Shown here piece by piece: positions 1-9,091 of a stretch of 64,000 nt of DNA. The position numbers and the translations under genes are program-made. The stretch's first letter is position 1. Each line of letters starts with the position of its first letter. Under the pieces are notes generated by a model, which made no database searches, was not told the origin of the DNA, and worked only from the letters and a program-made list of their open reading frames with translations. Source of the stretch: an uncultured Bacilli bacterium (GTDB lineage: Bacteria; Bacillota_I; Bacilli_A; RF39; UBA660). The stretch covers positions 70,772-134,771 of the forward strand of contig CAKOOC010000001.1 in NCBI GenBank assembly GCA_934098375.1, in the 5' to 3' direction.

Positions 1-177
1 AATGAAGTAAAATTCTTTGTTGGTGATATTGTAAAACAAGGCGATGTAATTGGCAACTCAGGAATAAATAAAATTGAATCTTCAAGTGACAACATGCTTC
101 TATTTGAAGTAAATAATAATGGAGAATATATTAATCCAGAAACCTTTTATAGTATGTTACCTAGTGAACTTTCTTAA
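1..177 (+). CDS. C-terminal fragment of a LytM/M23-fold protein, catalytically degenerate (gene starts left of window)
   Basis: Frame 1 is open from base 1 to TAA 175-177. ...GDIVKQGDVIGNSG...MLLFEVNNNGEYINPETF follows the M23 C-terminal block but has MLLFEV where active members (e.g. 41745-42434 here) have HLHFEV. Confidence 0.6.
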   Translation, partial: NEVKFFVGDIVKQGDVIGNSGINKIESSSDNMLLFEVNNNGEYINPETFYSMLPSELS

Positions 178-359
178 GCCTTTAGATAGGCTTTTTAAAT
201 GAAGGAGGGATATTTATAATTTTTGAATTTACAGATGAGTTTATATATGTTTATAATCGAAAAAAGAAAGAAATAATAAAAGAAAGTATTCCTTCTAAAG
301 TAATATGGAAAAACAAAATATATGATTATGTTAAACTTTGCAAAATAGTAAATAAAATT

Positions 360-725
360 GTGTATAAGTATAAACTTACGAACACTTTTTTTAAAACTAG
401 GTTTTATATTTTATTATTTGAAAAAATAACGCCGGCGGAAGAATATTTATTTAAGAGATTATTTAATTTTATTTCTAATGTTTCTTTAAGCCTTATATAT
501 GCTACTAATTTATTTAATAGGGAAAATCACATTTTTATTAGTGGAAATATTTTATACTATAATAATAACGTTTTAAAAAAACTATCAGAAAAAAAGGAAT
601 ATATATTAATTGGAAATAGTGATTTAAAGATTTATGAAAAATATAAAGAGTATCTAATAAAAAAATATAAAATTCAAATTTTAACTTATGAAAATAGTAA
701 TATGATAATCTATGAGAGTATATAA
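360..725 (+). CDS. hypothetical protein; frame is open back to 186, so the real start is probably upstream (ATT 219 / ATA 216)
   Basis: ORF track gives a GTG start at 360. No in-frame stop from 186. GGAGGG at 204-209. N/K/Y-rich product, no family recognised. Confidence 0.5.
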   Translation: MYKYKLTNTFFKTRFYILLFEKITPAEEYLFKRLFNFISNVSLSLIYATNLFNRENHIFISGNILYYNNNVLKKLSEKKEYILIGNSDLKIYEKYKEYLIKKYKIQILTYENSNMIIYESI

Positions 726-795
726 ATATGTACTCTTTTTATTTGTTTTTGAATATTATTTATACTATAATTAAAATAAGAAAGAATGTGAGAAT

Positions 796-3700
796 ATGAA
801 GGTAATTGATGGATGCAGTGCATGCGCAAATATGGCTTATAATTTTAGTGATATTAGTTTTATTTATCCGATTACACCATCTAGTCCGATGGCAAGCCAA
901 ATAGATAATTTAAGTGGTAAAGATGTAAAAAATATTTTTAATGATACGGTTTCAGTTATTGAAATGCAAAGTGAAGCTGGGGCAGCAGGTGCGTTGCATG
1001 GGGCTTTATCAGCAGGTTTACTAGGAACAACTTTTACAGCAAGTCAAGGATTATTATTAATGATACCTAATATGTATAAAATGGCAGGTGAAATGCTTCC
1101 TGGGGTAATTCATGTGGCCGCGAGGAGTTTAGCAAGTCATGCTCTTAGTATATTTGGCGATCATCAAGATATATACGCTACAAGGCAAACGGGATTTTGT
1201 ATGCTTGCTTCTACCAATGTTCAGGATGCTTATAATTTAGCATTAGTTGCTCATTTATCCGCAATTGAGGGAAGTTTACCTTTTCTACATTTTTTTGATG
1301 GCTTTAGAACTAGTCATGAATATAATCAAATTAAAGAAATTTCAAGAGAAGAAATTTTAAAATTAGTTAATTTTGACAAAATAAATGAATTTAGAAATAG
1401 AGCACTTAATTCGGGTAAAGCAATTACAAAAGGAACAAATCAAAATGAAGATATATATTTTCAAAGTTTAGAAGCAAGAAATAGTGATTATGAAAAAATT
1501 CCTGATATTGTTAATAATTATATGCAAAAATTAAATGTGTTAACTAATATGGATTATAAGCCTTTTAATTATTATGGAAGCCCTAAGGCTAAATACGTAA
1601 TAGTAGCAATGGGATCAGTATGTGATACAGTTAAGAGGGTCGTTCAAAATAAGAAAAATGTGGATTTTGGATTAATTGAAGTACATTTATATCGCCCTTT
1701 TAGTTCTAAGTATTTAAAACAAGTAATACCTAAAACTGTTAAAAGAATCGCTGTTTTAGATCGTACTAAGGAAAGCGGATCTATTGGCGAGCCTTTATAT
1801 CTTGATGTTTTAGCGGCTTTAAATGATTTAAAAATAAGCATTTATGGTGGTCGTTATGGTCTTTCAAGTAAAAATACAACAATGAATGATATTTATGATG
1901 TATTTATGAATTTAGAAAAGTGTCCTAAAAATAATTTTACTGTTGGTATTATGGATGATGTTACAAATACAAGTTTGAAACATTTTGACTATACATTTGA
2001 AAATTATTATAGAGAATTTAAAATCTTTGGATTTGGATCAGATGGGATGGTTAGTGCTAGTAAAAACATATTAAAAGTTTTAGGAAATAACAATTTTGTT
2101 CAAGGATATTTTGAATATGATTCTAAAAAAAGTGGGGGAGTAACAATATCTCATATTAGATTAAGTGATGAAGTTATAGAAGCTCCTTATTATGTTACAA
2201 ATCCAGAATTGGTGGTAGTAACAAAAGATGAATATTTTTATAAATTTAATACGATTGAAGGTATAAAAGAGGGAGGAATTCTTTTAATTAATACAATTAG
2301 GAAAGAAGATGAGTTAAATAAATTTTTGCCTGATGATTTAAAAAATGAACTTCGAGATAAAAATATTCAAGTATTTATTATTAATGCAGAAGAATTAGCA
2401 CAGAAAAATGGTATAAATGGAAAAATTAGCCTTATTATGGAAGCATCCATTTTAAAACTACTTAATATTAAGAATTTTAAAGAAACGTTAGAAAAAGATA
2501 TTAAGGAAAGATTTTTAACAAAGGGTGAAGATGTAGTTAATGCTAATTTAGCGTGTGTTAACGAATTTGAAAGTTATTTAAAAAAGATAGATATAACAGC
2601 TGAACAAGGAGTAATTCTTTCGAAAAATGAAGATATATTTTCTATGATAAATGAAAGAAAAGGGAATCAATTAAAGGTAAGTGAGCTATTAGATTATAAA
2701 GATGGCGTTTTCCCAGGAGGAACTAGCGCTTTAGAAAAACGTAAAATGAGTTCTTTTGTGGCAAAATGGAATAAAGAAAAATGTATAGAATGTGGTATTT
2801 GTGCAACTGTTTGTCCGCATGCCGTAATTAGATCTTTCTTAGTTGATGAAAAGCAGTATAAAGAGGAATCAAAACCTTCACTAGAAAAAGGATATAATTT
2901 TATAATAGGTGTAAGTGAGGCTGATTGTACGGGGTGTGAACTTTGTGTTAAGAACTGTCCAACTAAATGTTTATCTATGGGAAAGTTTGATTTACAAAAA
3001 CAGGAGCTTGCTGATGAGCTATTTAATGATAATATTAATCCAGAAAGACCGTTAAATTCACCAAAAAATGTTAGTTTGCATAAGCCATTATTTGAATTTT
3101 CTGGGGCATGCGCTGGATGCGGAGAGACGCCCTATATAAAACTTCTTACACAAATTGTAGGAGAAAAATTAGTAATTGCCAATGCAACGGGTTGCTCTAG
3201 CATATATGGAGCAAGCTGTCCTAATACACCTTATAAAGTGTCTTGGGCTAATAGTTTATTTGAAGATAATGCAGAATATGGTTTTGGTATACTTTTATCT
3301 TATAATAAATTTCGTAATCGTATCGTGAAAGAATTAGAAAGTTCACAATTACCTGGTGCACAAGAAAAGCTTACTTATTATTTAAATAATAGTGAAGATT
3401 ATGATAAAATGAAAAAGTTTACTTCGGAAGTAAAAAATTATATATCAAATGATTTATTAGATTATGTTACCCCAAAAAGCGTGTGGACGATTGGCGGTGA
3501 TGGTTGGGCATACGATATAGGATATGGCGGTGTTGATCATGTTTTATCAAGTAATCAAAATGCTAAAATATTAGTATTAGATACGGAAGTTTATTCAAAT
3601 ACGGGTGGTCAAGCAAGTAAATCTAGTCATAAAGGAGCAGTAGCAGAATTTGCTAATAATGGTAAAATCACGACCAAAAAAGATTTGTTTAGGATTGCTA

Positions 3701-4107
3701 TGAGTTACCCTAATACTTATGTAGCTCAGATAAGTTTAGGGGCAAACATTATGCATACTATTAATGTATTAAAAGAAGCTGAAGAACATCAAGGTCCAGC
3801 GATAGTTATTGCATACTGTCCTTGTGTTGAACATGGGATAAATGGCGGAATGTCTAACTCTATTGCCGAAGAAAAGTTAGCGGTTGATTCAGGGTATGTC
3901 TTATTAATGAGATATAAAGATAATAAGTTATTATTAGATTCAAAAGAACCAGATTTTCAAAAATATGATGAATTTTTGTCTAATGAAGTTAGATATAAAG
4001 CTTTAAAAATAAAAAATAAAAAAATGGCGGAATCTTTACTTTTAGAAAATAAAGAAAATGCCATTAATAGATATAATTATTATAAAAAATTAAGTGAAGA
4101 AAATTAA
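796..4107 (+). CDS. nifJ: pyruvate:ferredoxin (flavodoxin) oxidoreductase, single-chain PFOR
   Basis: 1103 aa. Has the N-terminal PFOR block (GCSACANMAYNFSDISFIYPITPSSPMA), two ferredoxin-type CxxCxxCxxxCP motifs (CIECGICATVCPHA, CTGCELCVKNCP) and the TPP-binding GDGWAYDIGYGG block. Confidence 0.95.
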   Translation: MKVIDGCSACANMAYNFSDISFIYPITPSSPMASQIDNLSGKDVKNIFNDTVSVIEMQSEAGAAGALHGALSAGLLGTTFTASQGLLLMIPNMYKMAGEMLPGVIHVAARSLASHALSIFGDHQDIYATRQTGFCMLASTNVQDAYNLALVAHLSAIEGSLPFLHFFDGFRTSHEYNQIKEISREEILKLVNFDKINEFRNRALNSGKAITKGTNQNEDIYFQSLEARNSDYEKIPDIVNNYMQKLNVLTNMDYKPFNYYGSPKAKYVIVAMGSVCDTVKRVVQNKKNVDFGLIEVHLYRPFSSKYLKQVIPKTVKRIAVLDRTKESGSIGEPLYLDVLAALNDLKISIYGGRYGLSSKNTTMNDIYDVFMNLEKCPKNNFTVGIMDDVTNTSLKHFDYTFENYYREFKIFGFGSDGMVSASKNILKVLGNNNFVQGYFEYDSKKSGGVTISHIRLSDEVIEAPYYVTNPELVVVTKDEYFYKFNTIEGIKEGGILLINTIRKEDELNKFLPDDLKNELRDKNIQVFIINAEELAQKNGINGKISLIMEASILKLLNIKNFKETLEKDIKERFLTKGEDVVNANLACVNEFESYLKKIDITAEQGVILSKNEDIFSMINERKGNQLKVSELLDYKDGVFPGGTSALEKRKMSSFVAKWNKEKCIECGICATVCPHAVIRSFLVDEKQYKEESKPSLEKGYNFIIGVSEADCTGCELCVKNCPTKCLSMGKFDLQKQELADELFNDNINPERPLNSPKNVSLHKPLFEFSGACAGCGETPYIKLLTQIVGEKLVIANATGCSSIYGASCPNTPYKVSWANSLFEDNAEYGFGILLSYNKFRNRIVKELESSQLPGAQEKLTYYLNNSEDYDKMKKFTSEVKNYISNDLLDYVTPKSVWTIGGDGWAYDIGYGGVDHVLSSNQNAKILVLDTEVYSNTGGQASKSSHKGAVAEFANNGKITTKKDLFRIAMSYPNTYVAQISLGANIMHTINVLKEAEEHQGPAIVIAYCPCVEHGINGGMSNSIAEEKLAVDSGYVLLMRYKDNKLLLDSKEPDFQKYDEFLSNEVRYKALKIKNKKMAESLLLENKENAINRYNYYKKLSEEN

Positions 4108-4118
4108 ACAAAAAAATA

Positions 4119-4206
4119 GAGGCTAACCCCCTGGGGTAGCCTCAAAGAATAAAAAGGGGTTGGCTAGTGTGATACTAGCACCAATTCGCCTATAAGTGAA
4201 TTGGTG
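4119..4206 (+). other. cluster of three consecutive, locally GC-rich hairpins between nifJ and recG (terminator and/or structured RNA)
   Basis: GAGGCTAaCCCC..GGGGTAGCCTC (4119-4143); GCTAGT-gtgat-ACTAGC (4163-4179); CACCAATTC-N10-GAATTGGTG (4179-4206). Only the last is followed by a partly T-rich tract. Confidence 0.4.
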
Positions 4207-4279
4207 ATTTATATACTAATGGAAAAAGGGGTAAATGTCAACACTTTTTTTAATTATTTTTATAAAAAATGGAGGTTTT

Positions 4280-6274
4280 ATGTTAGAGGATATAAAAGGC
4301 CTAGGTCCAAAGTCAATTTTATATTTAAATGAGTTGAAAATTTATGATATAAAAGATTTATTAGAATATTATCCTTATCGTTATAATGTCTATAAACCAA
4401 ATAATATTAGTGATGCTCATGATGATGAAACTTTATTAATTAATGGTATGATTGAGCCTCCAATAAAAGTGTTTTTTATTAAAAGAAATTTAAATAAACT
4501 TTCTTTTAAATTAAATACAGAAAAAGAAATTATTAATGTTTCTATTTTTAATCGGGCATTTCTTAAGAAAAATATGATCGTAGGAAAAACTATATCAGTT
4601 ATTGGAAAATATAATAAGAAATCAAATAGTTTAGTTGCAAGTGATATAAAAATGGTACCAATATTAAAAACTACTATAGAAGGAGTTTATCATTTAAATG
4701 CTAATATAAAAAGAGCAAATTTTAAAAAAATAATAGAAACAGCAGTTAATAATAATTTTTACGTTTCGTCTTTAGTTCCTTCTTATTTGGCAGAAAAATA
4801 TAATTTTGTTTCTAAAATGTCTGCGGTTAGAGAAATGCATTTTCCTAAATCTATAGAAGCATTAAAGCAGGCAAAGATCTTTTTAATCTATGAAGAATTA
4901 TTTGCGTTTATGTTAAAAATGAATTATTTAAAAATGTCAAGAAATAATAATAATGAAATAGATAGTAAAATGTTTGATGAAAAGAAAGTAAATGATTTTA
5001 TTTTGAGCTTGCCTTTTAAACTTACTGATGATCAATTAAAGGCGGTAGAGGAAATAAAGTGTGATTTTAAATCTACATCTAGAATGAACAGACTTATTTT
5101 AGGTGATGTAGGAAGTGGTAAAACAATAGTTGCATTTATTTCATTATATATGAATTATTTGGCTGGGTTTCAAGGAGTTTTGATGGCGCCTACGGAATTA
5201 CTTGCTTTACAACATTACAATAATATTATAAGTACATTTAAAAATATGAACGTTAATGTGTGTTTACTTACAAGTTCTACTAAGAAAAAAGATAGATTAC
5301 TGATACTTGAAGATTTAAAAAGTGGCAAATGTGATATATTAATTGGAACTCATTCGGTTTTAAATAATGAAGTAGTCTTTAAAAATATTGGTTTAGTAAT
5401 AACTGATGAACAACATAGATTTGGAGTTGCACAAAGAAAAAATTTACAAAATAAGGGCGACATGACTGATGTTCTTTATTTAAGCGCTACTCCGATACCT
5501 CGAACTTTGGCTTTGACCCTTTTTGGAGATATGGATATTTCGCAAATTAAAACAAAACCGGCAAATAGAAAACAAATTTATACAAAACTTTATAAAAATA
5601 ATGAAATAAAATCGGTACTAAAGTTAATGCTTGATGAAATAAAGAATAATCATCAAATTTATGTAGTTGCTCCTTTAATTGAAGATGAAGAAGGTTCATC
5701 TAGTATGGAAAATGTAATATCTTTAAAAGAAAAAATTAATGTAGCATTTAATGGTAAAGTTCCTTTAGAGGTATTACACGGTAAGTTAAGTGCAAAAGAA
5801 AAAGAACAAATTATGAATGACTTTAAGTTAGGCATTATTAAAATATTAATTTCTACAACGGTTATAGAGGTTGGCGTAGATGTAAAAAATGCAACGATGA
5901 TGGTAGTTTTTAATGCGGAAAGATTTGGTCTAGCAACTCTTCATCAGTTAAGAGGACGTATTGGAAGAAACGATTTAGAAAGTAAGTGCCTTTTAGTAAG
6001 TGATTATGATACTCCTAGACTTAAAATATTAGAGGAGACAAACGATGGCTTTTTAATAAGTGAAAAAGATTTTGAATTAAGAGGCTCAGGTGATTTGTTT
6101 GGGGTTAGACAAAGTGGAGATATGAGTTTTAAAATTGCAAATCTGGCTAGTGATTTTAAAATTTTAAAACAGTGTGATACTGATAGTAAAGAATTTATTA
6201 GTAATCATTTAAATGAAATTAAGAAGTTTCCAGAGCAAAAATTGGTATTAGATAGTGTATTTTTAAACAGCTAA
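4280..6274 (+). CDS. recG: ATP-dependent DNA helicase RecG
   Basis: ATG 4280 lies behind GGAGG (4271-4275). Motifs: Walker A GDVGSGKT, DEQHRFG, SATPIPRT and QLRGRIGR, plus an N-terminal wedge-type region. Confidence 0.93.
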   Translation: MLEDIKGLGPKSILYLNELKIYDIKDLLEYYPYRYNVYKPNNISDAHDDETLLINGMIEPPIKVFFIKRNLNKLSFKLNTEKEIINVSIFNRAFLKKNMIVGKTISVIGKYNKKSNSLVASDIKMVPILKTTIEGVYHLNANIKRANFKKIIETAVNNNFYVSSLVPSYLAEKYNFVSKMSAVREMHFPKSIEALKQAKIFLIYEELFAFMLKMNYLKMSRNNNNEIDSKMFDEKKVNDFILSLPFKLTDDQLKAVEEIKCDFKSTSRMNRLILGDVGSGKTIVAFISLYMNYLAGFQGVLMAPTELLALQHYNNIISTFKNMNVNVCLLTSSTKKKDRLLILEDLKSGKCDILIGTHSVLNNEVVFKNIGLVITDEQHRFGVAQRKNLQNKGDMTDVLYLSATPIPRTLALTLFGDMDISQIKTKPANRKQIYTKLYKNNEIKSVLKLMLDEIKNNHQIYVVAPLIEDEEGSSSMENVISLKEKINVAFNGKVPLEVLHGKLSAKEKEQIMNDFKLGIIKILISTTVIEVGVDVKNATMMVVFNAERFGLATLHQLRGRIGRNDLESKCLLVSDYDTPRLKILEETNDGFLISEKDFELRGSGDLFGVRQSGDMSFKIANLASDFKILKQCDTDSKEFISNHLNEIKKFPEQKLVLDSVFLNS

Positions 6275-6304
6275 TGATATAATTAGATTAGAGAGGAGTT
6301 TATA

Positions 6305-6913
6305 ATGAATAGAGTTAAAATTAAAAACCAAGCAAAAGAGATAATTAAAGGAAATATTTGGACGCTTTTGTTACCATTTATTATTGCTGGTGCTTTATCA
6401 GGATTAGTTGGTGGTTTTTCTGGTTACTATAGTTCTTCTACGGAAAGTGCAACTTTAAGTGTTATTTCTTCAATCGTAGAAATAGCAGTTTTACCTTTAA
6501 CGATTGGTGCGACAGCTTATGTTATGAAATTTGTTAGAAAAGAACCAGTTGATTTAAACTATATGTTTTCTTTCTATAAACAATTTTGGCCAATATTTGT
6601 ACTTACATTCTTAATTGGACTATTTACATCATTATGGACATTATTATTTATAGTTCCAGGGATTATAGCAGCAATTAGTTATTCGATGAGTCAGTATATT
6701 TTTATTGATGGTGAAGAAGATGCTATGGAATGCATTAGAAAAAGTAAAAAAATGATGGATGGTTATAAAGCTGATTATTTTGTATTTAATTTAAGTTTTA
6801 TAGGTTGGATTTTATTAGCAATTCCAACATTTGGATTAATTTTTATTTACCTTATTCCATATATGACAGTATCACAAGTGCTTTACTATGAAGAGTTAAA
6901 AAAATTAAATTAA
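6305..6913 (+). CDS. DUF975-family integral membrane protein
   Basis: N-terminus ...IKNQAKEIIKGNIWTLLLPFIIAG and about 5 hydrophobic helices typical of DUF975. SD GAGAGGAG upstream. Confidence 0.7.
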   Translation: MNRVKIKNQAKEIIKGNIWTLLLPFIIAGALSGLVGGFSGYYSSSTESATLSVISSIVEIAVLPLTIGATAYVMKFVRKEPVDLNYMFSFYKQFWPIFVLTFLIGLFTSLWTLLFIVPGIIAAISYSMSQYIFIDGEEDAMECIRKSKKMMDGYKADYFVFNLSFIGWILLAIPTFGLIFIYLIPYMTVSQVLYYEELKKLN

Positions 6914-6937
6914 GTAGTAAAATGTTTATAAAATGAA

Positions 6938-7073
6938 TTGACAAAGTTTTATAAATTTTATATTATAGTTATAGCATGATAGAAATGTCATGCTGATATC
7001 TCTAACGATCTTAATGTTAGAGTGTATCAACCAAAACCCCCTGAAGGACCTCGAAAGAGGTCCATTTTGTTTT
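6938..7073 (+). ncRNA. candidate small RNA / orphan transcription unit (promoter, two hairpins, intrinsic terminator)
   Basis: TTGACA (6938-6943), 17 nt, TATTAT (6961-6966). Hairpins AGCATGA/TCATGCT (6973-6994) and CTCTAAC/GTTAGAG (7000-7022). Terminator GGACCTC-gaaa-GAGGTCC + ATTTTGTTTT (7046-7073). No ORF inside. Confidence 0.35.
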
Positions 7074-7591
7074 CTAGAGTTTAAAAAAAATTTTAGAATA
7101 TGAACATAAATAGTTAAATGAATTTGTAAAATTTTGATAAAAATTATTAAGTTTGGTATCTATTCGTGCTTTTTAATTAAAATGCCACAATCAATTAACT
7201 TCTGTGGTAAGTCACTTTAAAATTATAATAAAAGGCGATTAAAATGGTATTTATGAAAAAGAATTAAAAGAAGTGACTAACTTATTTTTCAAAGTTTATA
7301 ATCTTAAAGATATGAAGTAAATCTTTATATAATGCAATATGGTGTGGAAATAAAGATTGTAAATTTAAAAATAAAAGAAATTAAAGGCTGTAAATCATGA
7401 TGTATTTTAGACAAGATTCTACTAATTGATGAAAAAAGTATTTATTGTGATAAAGATGTAAAGTATAATGTTGTTTGAGAACTTTAATATTAGAATAAAT
7501 TTTAGATTATTGCCTGTATTTGAAAAATGAAACATTGATGAAATAGTTTCTATTATTTATTATAATTATGATAAAAGGGTGTGTAAAAAAC

Positions 7592-8869
7592 ATGAAAACT
7601 GTGAAAAATAATAATTATACTTTGCCTATTGTGGGGGATTTTATTAGCAACCGCAATCTTCTTAAGTCTATAAATAATTGTCAGTCAGATGCATTTATAT
7701 CATTAACTGATGATATAAATGGTGTTAGAAATCTTTTTTTTGAAGATTATTCTAATTGGTTGGTATATGGCATACAAAATTCTGGCAAGTCAAATTTTAT
7801 AGAAAATATAATAATTAATATTTTGTTAAAAAGTTTTCCAAGTGATAGCAAGTTGGTGATTATAGATACTAAAAGATTGGAATATGGTGCCTTTAATGAT
7901 ATTCCACATTTATTAGTTCCAATTTTATATAACTGTAACAAAGCTAATATTGCACTTGAAAAAATAATAAATGAAATTGATAGAAGATATGAGATGCTGG
8001 CAAAATATGGATTAAAAAGTATCGAAAAATTTAACTTAACAATTGATACATGTAATAATCATAATCAAAAAATACCTAAATTATTTATTATTATAGATGA
8101 CTTGTTAGACTTAATTGTTTATTCAAAAAATGAAATAATATCTCAAATTAGTTTAATAATTCAAAAGGGTAGACAAGTCGGAGTATATATTATTGTTGCA
8201 ACTAGTAATGTTAGTAGAGATATTATTAATATTAATTTGATAAATCTTTTTTCAAATAGAGTTTGCTTTAGAGCGTATTCAGCAAGAGATTCAAAATTAT
8301 TACTTAATATATCCGGTGCAGAAAAATTAAATAAATATGAATATTATTTAAATACATCACTTAATATATATGATGGAAAATATAAATCTTATAAAATTTC
8401 TGATAAAAATGTTAAAGACCTAATAAACTATGTTTCTAAGTATCGAAATTTTGAATATATAAATTATGAGAACAACTTATCAAATAATGCTAATGAAGAT
8501 TCTTTGTATAACGAAATACTAGATTTTGTAATTGAAAATGGCATGGTAAGTGCTTCCTTACTGCAACGAAGATTTAGATTAGGTTATAGTAGAGCTGCTA
8601 GAATAATTAATTTGTTGGAAGAAAGAGGTATAATAGGCCCCGAAAATGGTTCAAAACCAAGGAAATTATTAATAAAAACGAACAGCAATTTATCACATAA
8701 TGTGAATAATAATGAAATTGAAATTAATACTATTAATGAGAATAAAGTTGAAACTAATAAAGTAGAAGAAGAGATTGATAAAAATTCTGTCATAGCTAAT
8801 TTTGTTTTTATTATTGTTGTCATTATTATATTTTTATCAATTATAAAGTATTTTTTAGCATTTAGGTAG
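7592..8869 (+). CDS. FtsK/SpoIIIE-family ATPase-like protein with gamma winged-helix domain and C-terminal transmembrane anchor
   Basis: Walker A GIQNSGKS; Walker B-like LFIIIDDLLDL; IIVATSNVS...RVCFRAYSARDSKLLL..SGAEKL; gamma-domain LLQRRFRLGYSRAARIINLLEERGIIGP; terminal hydrophobic helix VIANFVFIIVVIIIFLSIIKYFLAF. The ORF-track start at 7568 is also possible. Confidence 0.8.
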   Translation: MKTVKNNNYTLPIVGDFISNRNLLKSINNCQSDAFISLTDDINGVRNLFFEDYSNWLVYGIQNSGKSNFIENIIINILLKSFPSDSKLVIIDTKRLEYGAFNDIPHLLVPILYNCNKANIALEKIINEIDRRYEMLAKYGLKSIEKFNLTIDTCNNHNQKIPKLFIIIDDLLDLIVYSKNEIISQISLIIQKGRQVGVYIIVATSNVSRDIININLINLFSNRVCFRAYSARDSKLLLNISGAEKLNKYEYYLNTSLNIYDGKYKSYKISDKNVKDLINYVSKYRNFEYINYENNLSNNANEDSLYNEILDFVIENGMVSASLLQRRFRLGYSRAARIINLLEERGIIGPENGSKPRKLLIKTNSNLSHNVNNNEIEINTINENKVETNKVEEEIDKNSVIANFVFIIVVIIIFLSIIKYFLAFR

Positions 8870-9025
8870 AAAAATTTTTTTAAATTTTTAAATATTGTTT
8901 AAAATAAATTATTTAATTTATTATGAAAATTTGTAAAAAGTGTGGTAGAAAATCTTAAAATGCACATATTTTTAATTTTATTTTTACTTAATGTGAGTTA
9001 TTTCACAAAATTTTTTTGCATATTA

Positions 9026-9091
9026 TGGTATAATTAGTATAGATATGATGCTAGTATAGATCTGCTCTAAAGCTTTATACTGGCTTTTTTT
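9026..9091 (+). promoter_or_regulatory. extended -10 promoter plus leader terminator-like hairpin (possible attenuator) upstream of 9113 gene
   Basis: TGgTATAAT at 9026-9034. Hairpin GCTAGTATA...TATACTGGC (9050-9084) followed by TTTTTTT (9085-9091). Direct repeat TAGTATAGA at 9036-9044 and 9052-9060. The SD AGAGGTG and ATG lie downstream of the T-tract. Confidence 0.4.

Noticed and set aside
6973-7073. Attempted assignment of the orphan RNA unit to a known class (preQ1-I riboswitch, NAD+/nadA motif because of CAACC...ACCCC, guanidine mini-ykkC because of an ACGA loop, SRP/4.5S RNA because of the GNRA hairpin).
   Set aside because: None of the defining features fits. There is no P2/A-tail pairing for preQ1, no tandem ACGR tetraloops and no SRP domain IV AGCA/GGAA symmetric loop. 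No regulated ORF follows the terminator. I kept it only as an unclassified sRNA candidate.
8923-8958. 11-codon ORF MKICKKCGRKS with a CxxC motif in the ftsK-like/9113 intergenic region.
   Set aside because: It has no SD and is extremely short. It is easily produced by chance in AT-rich DNA.
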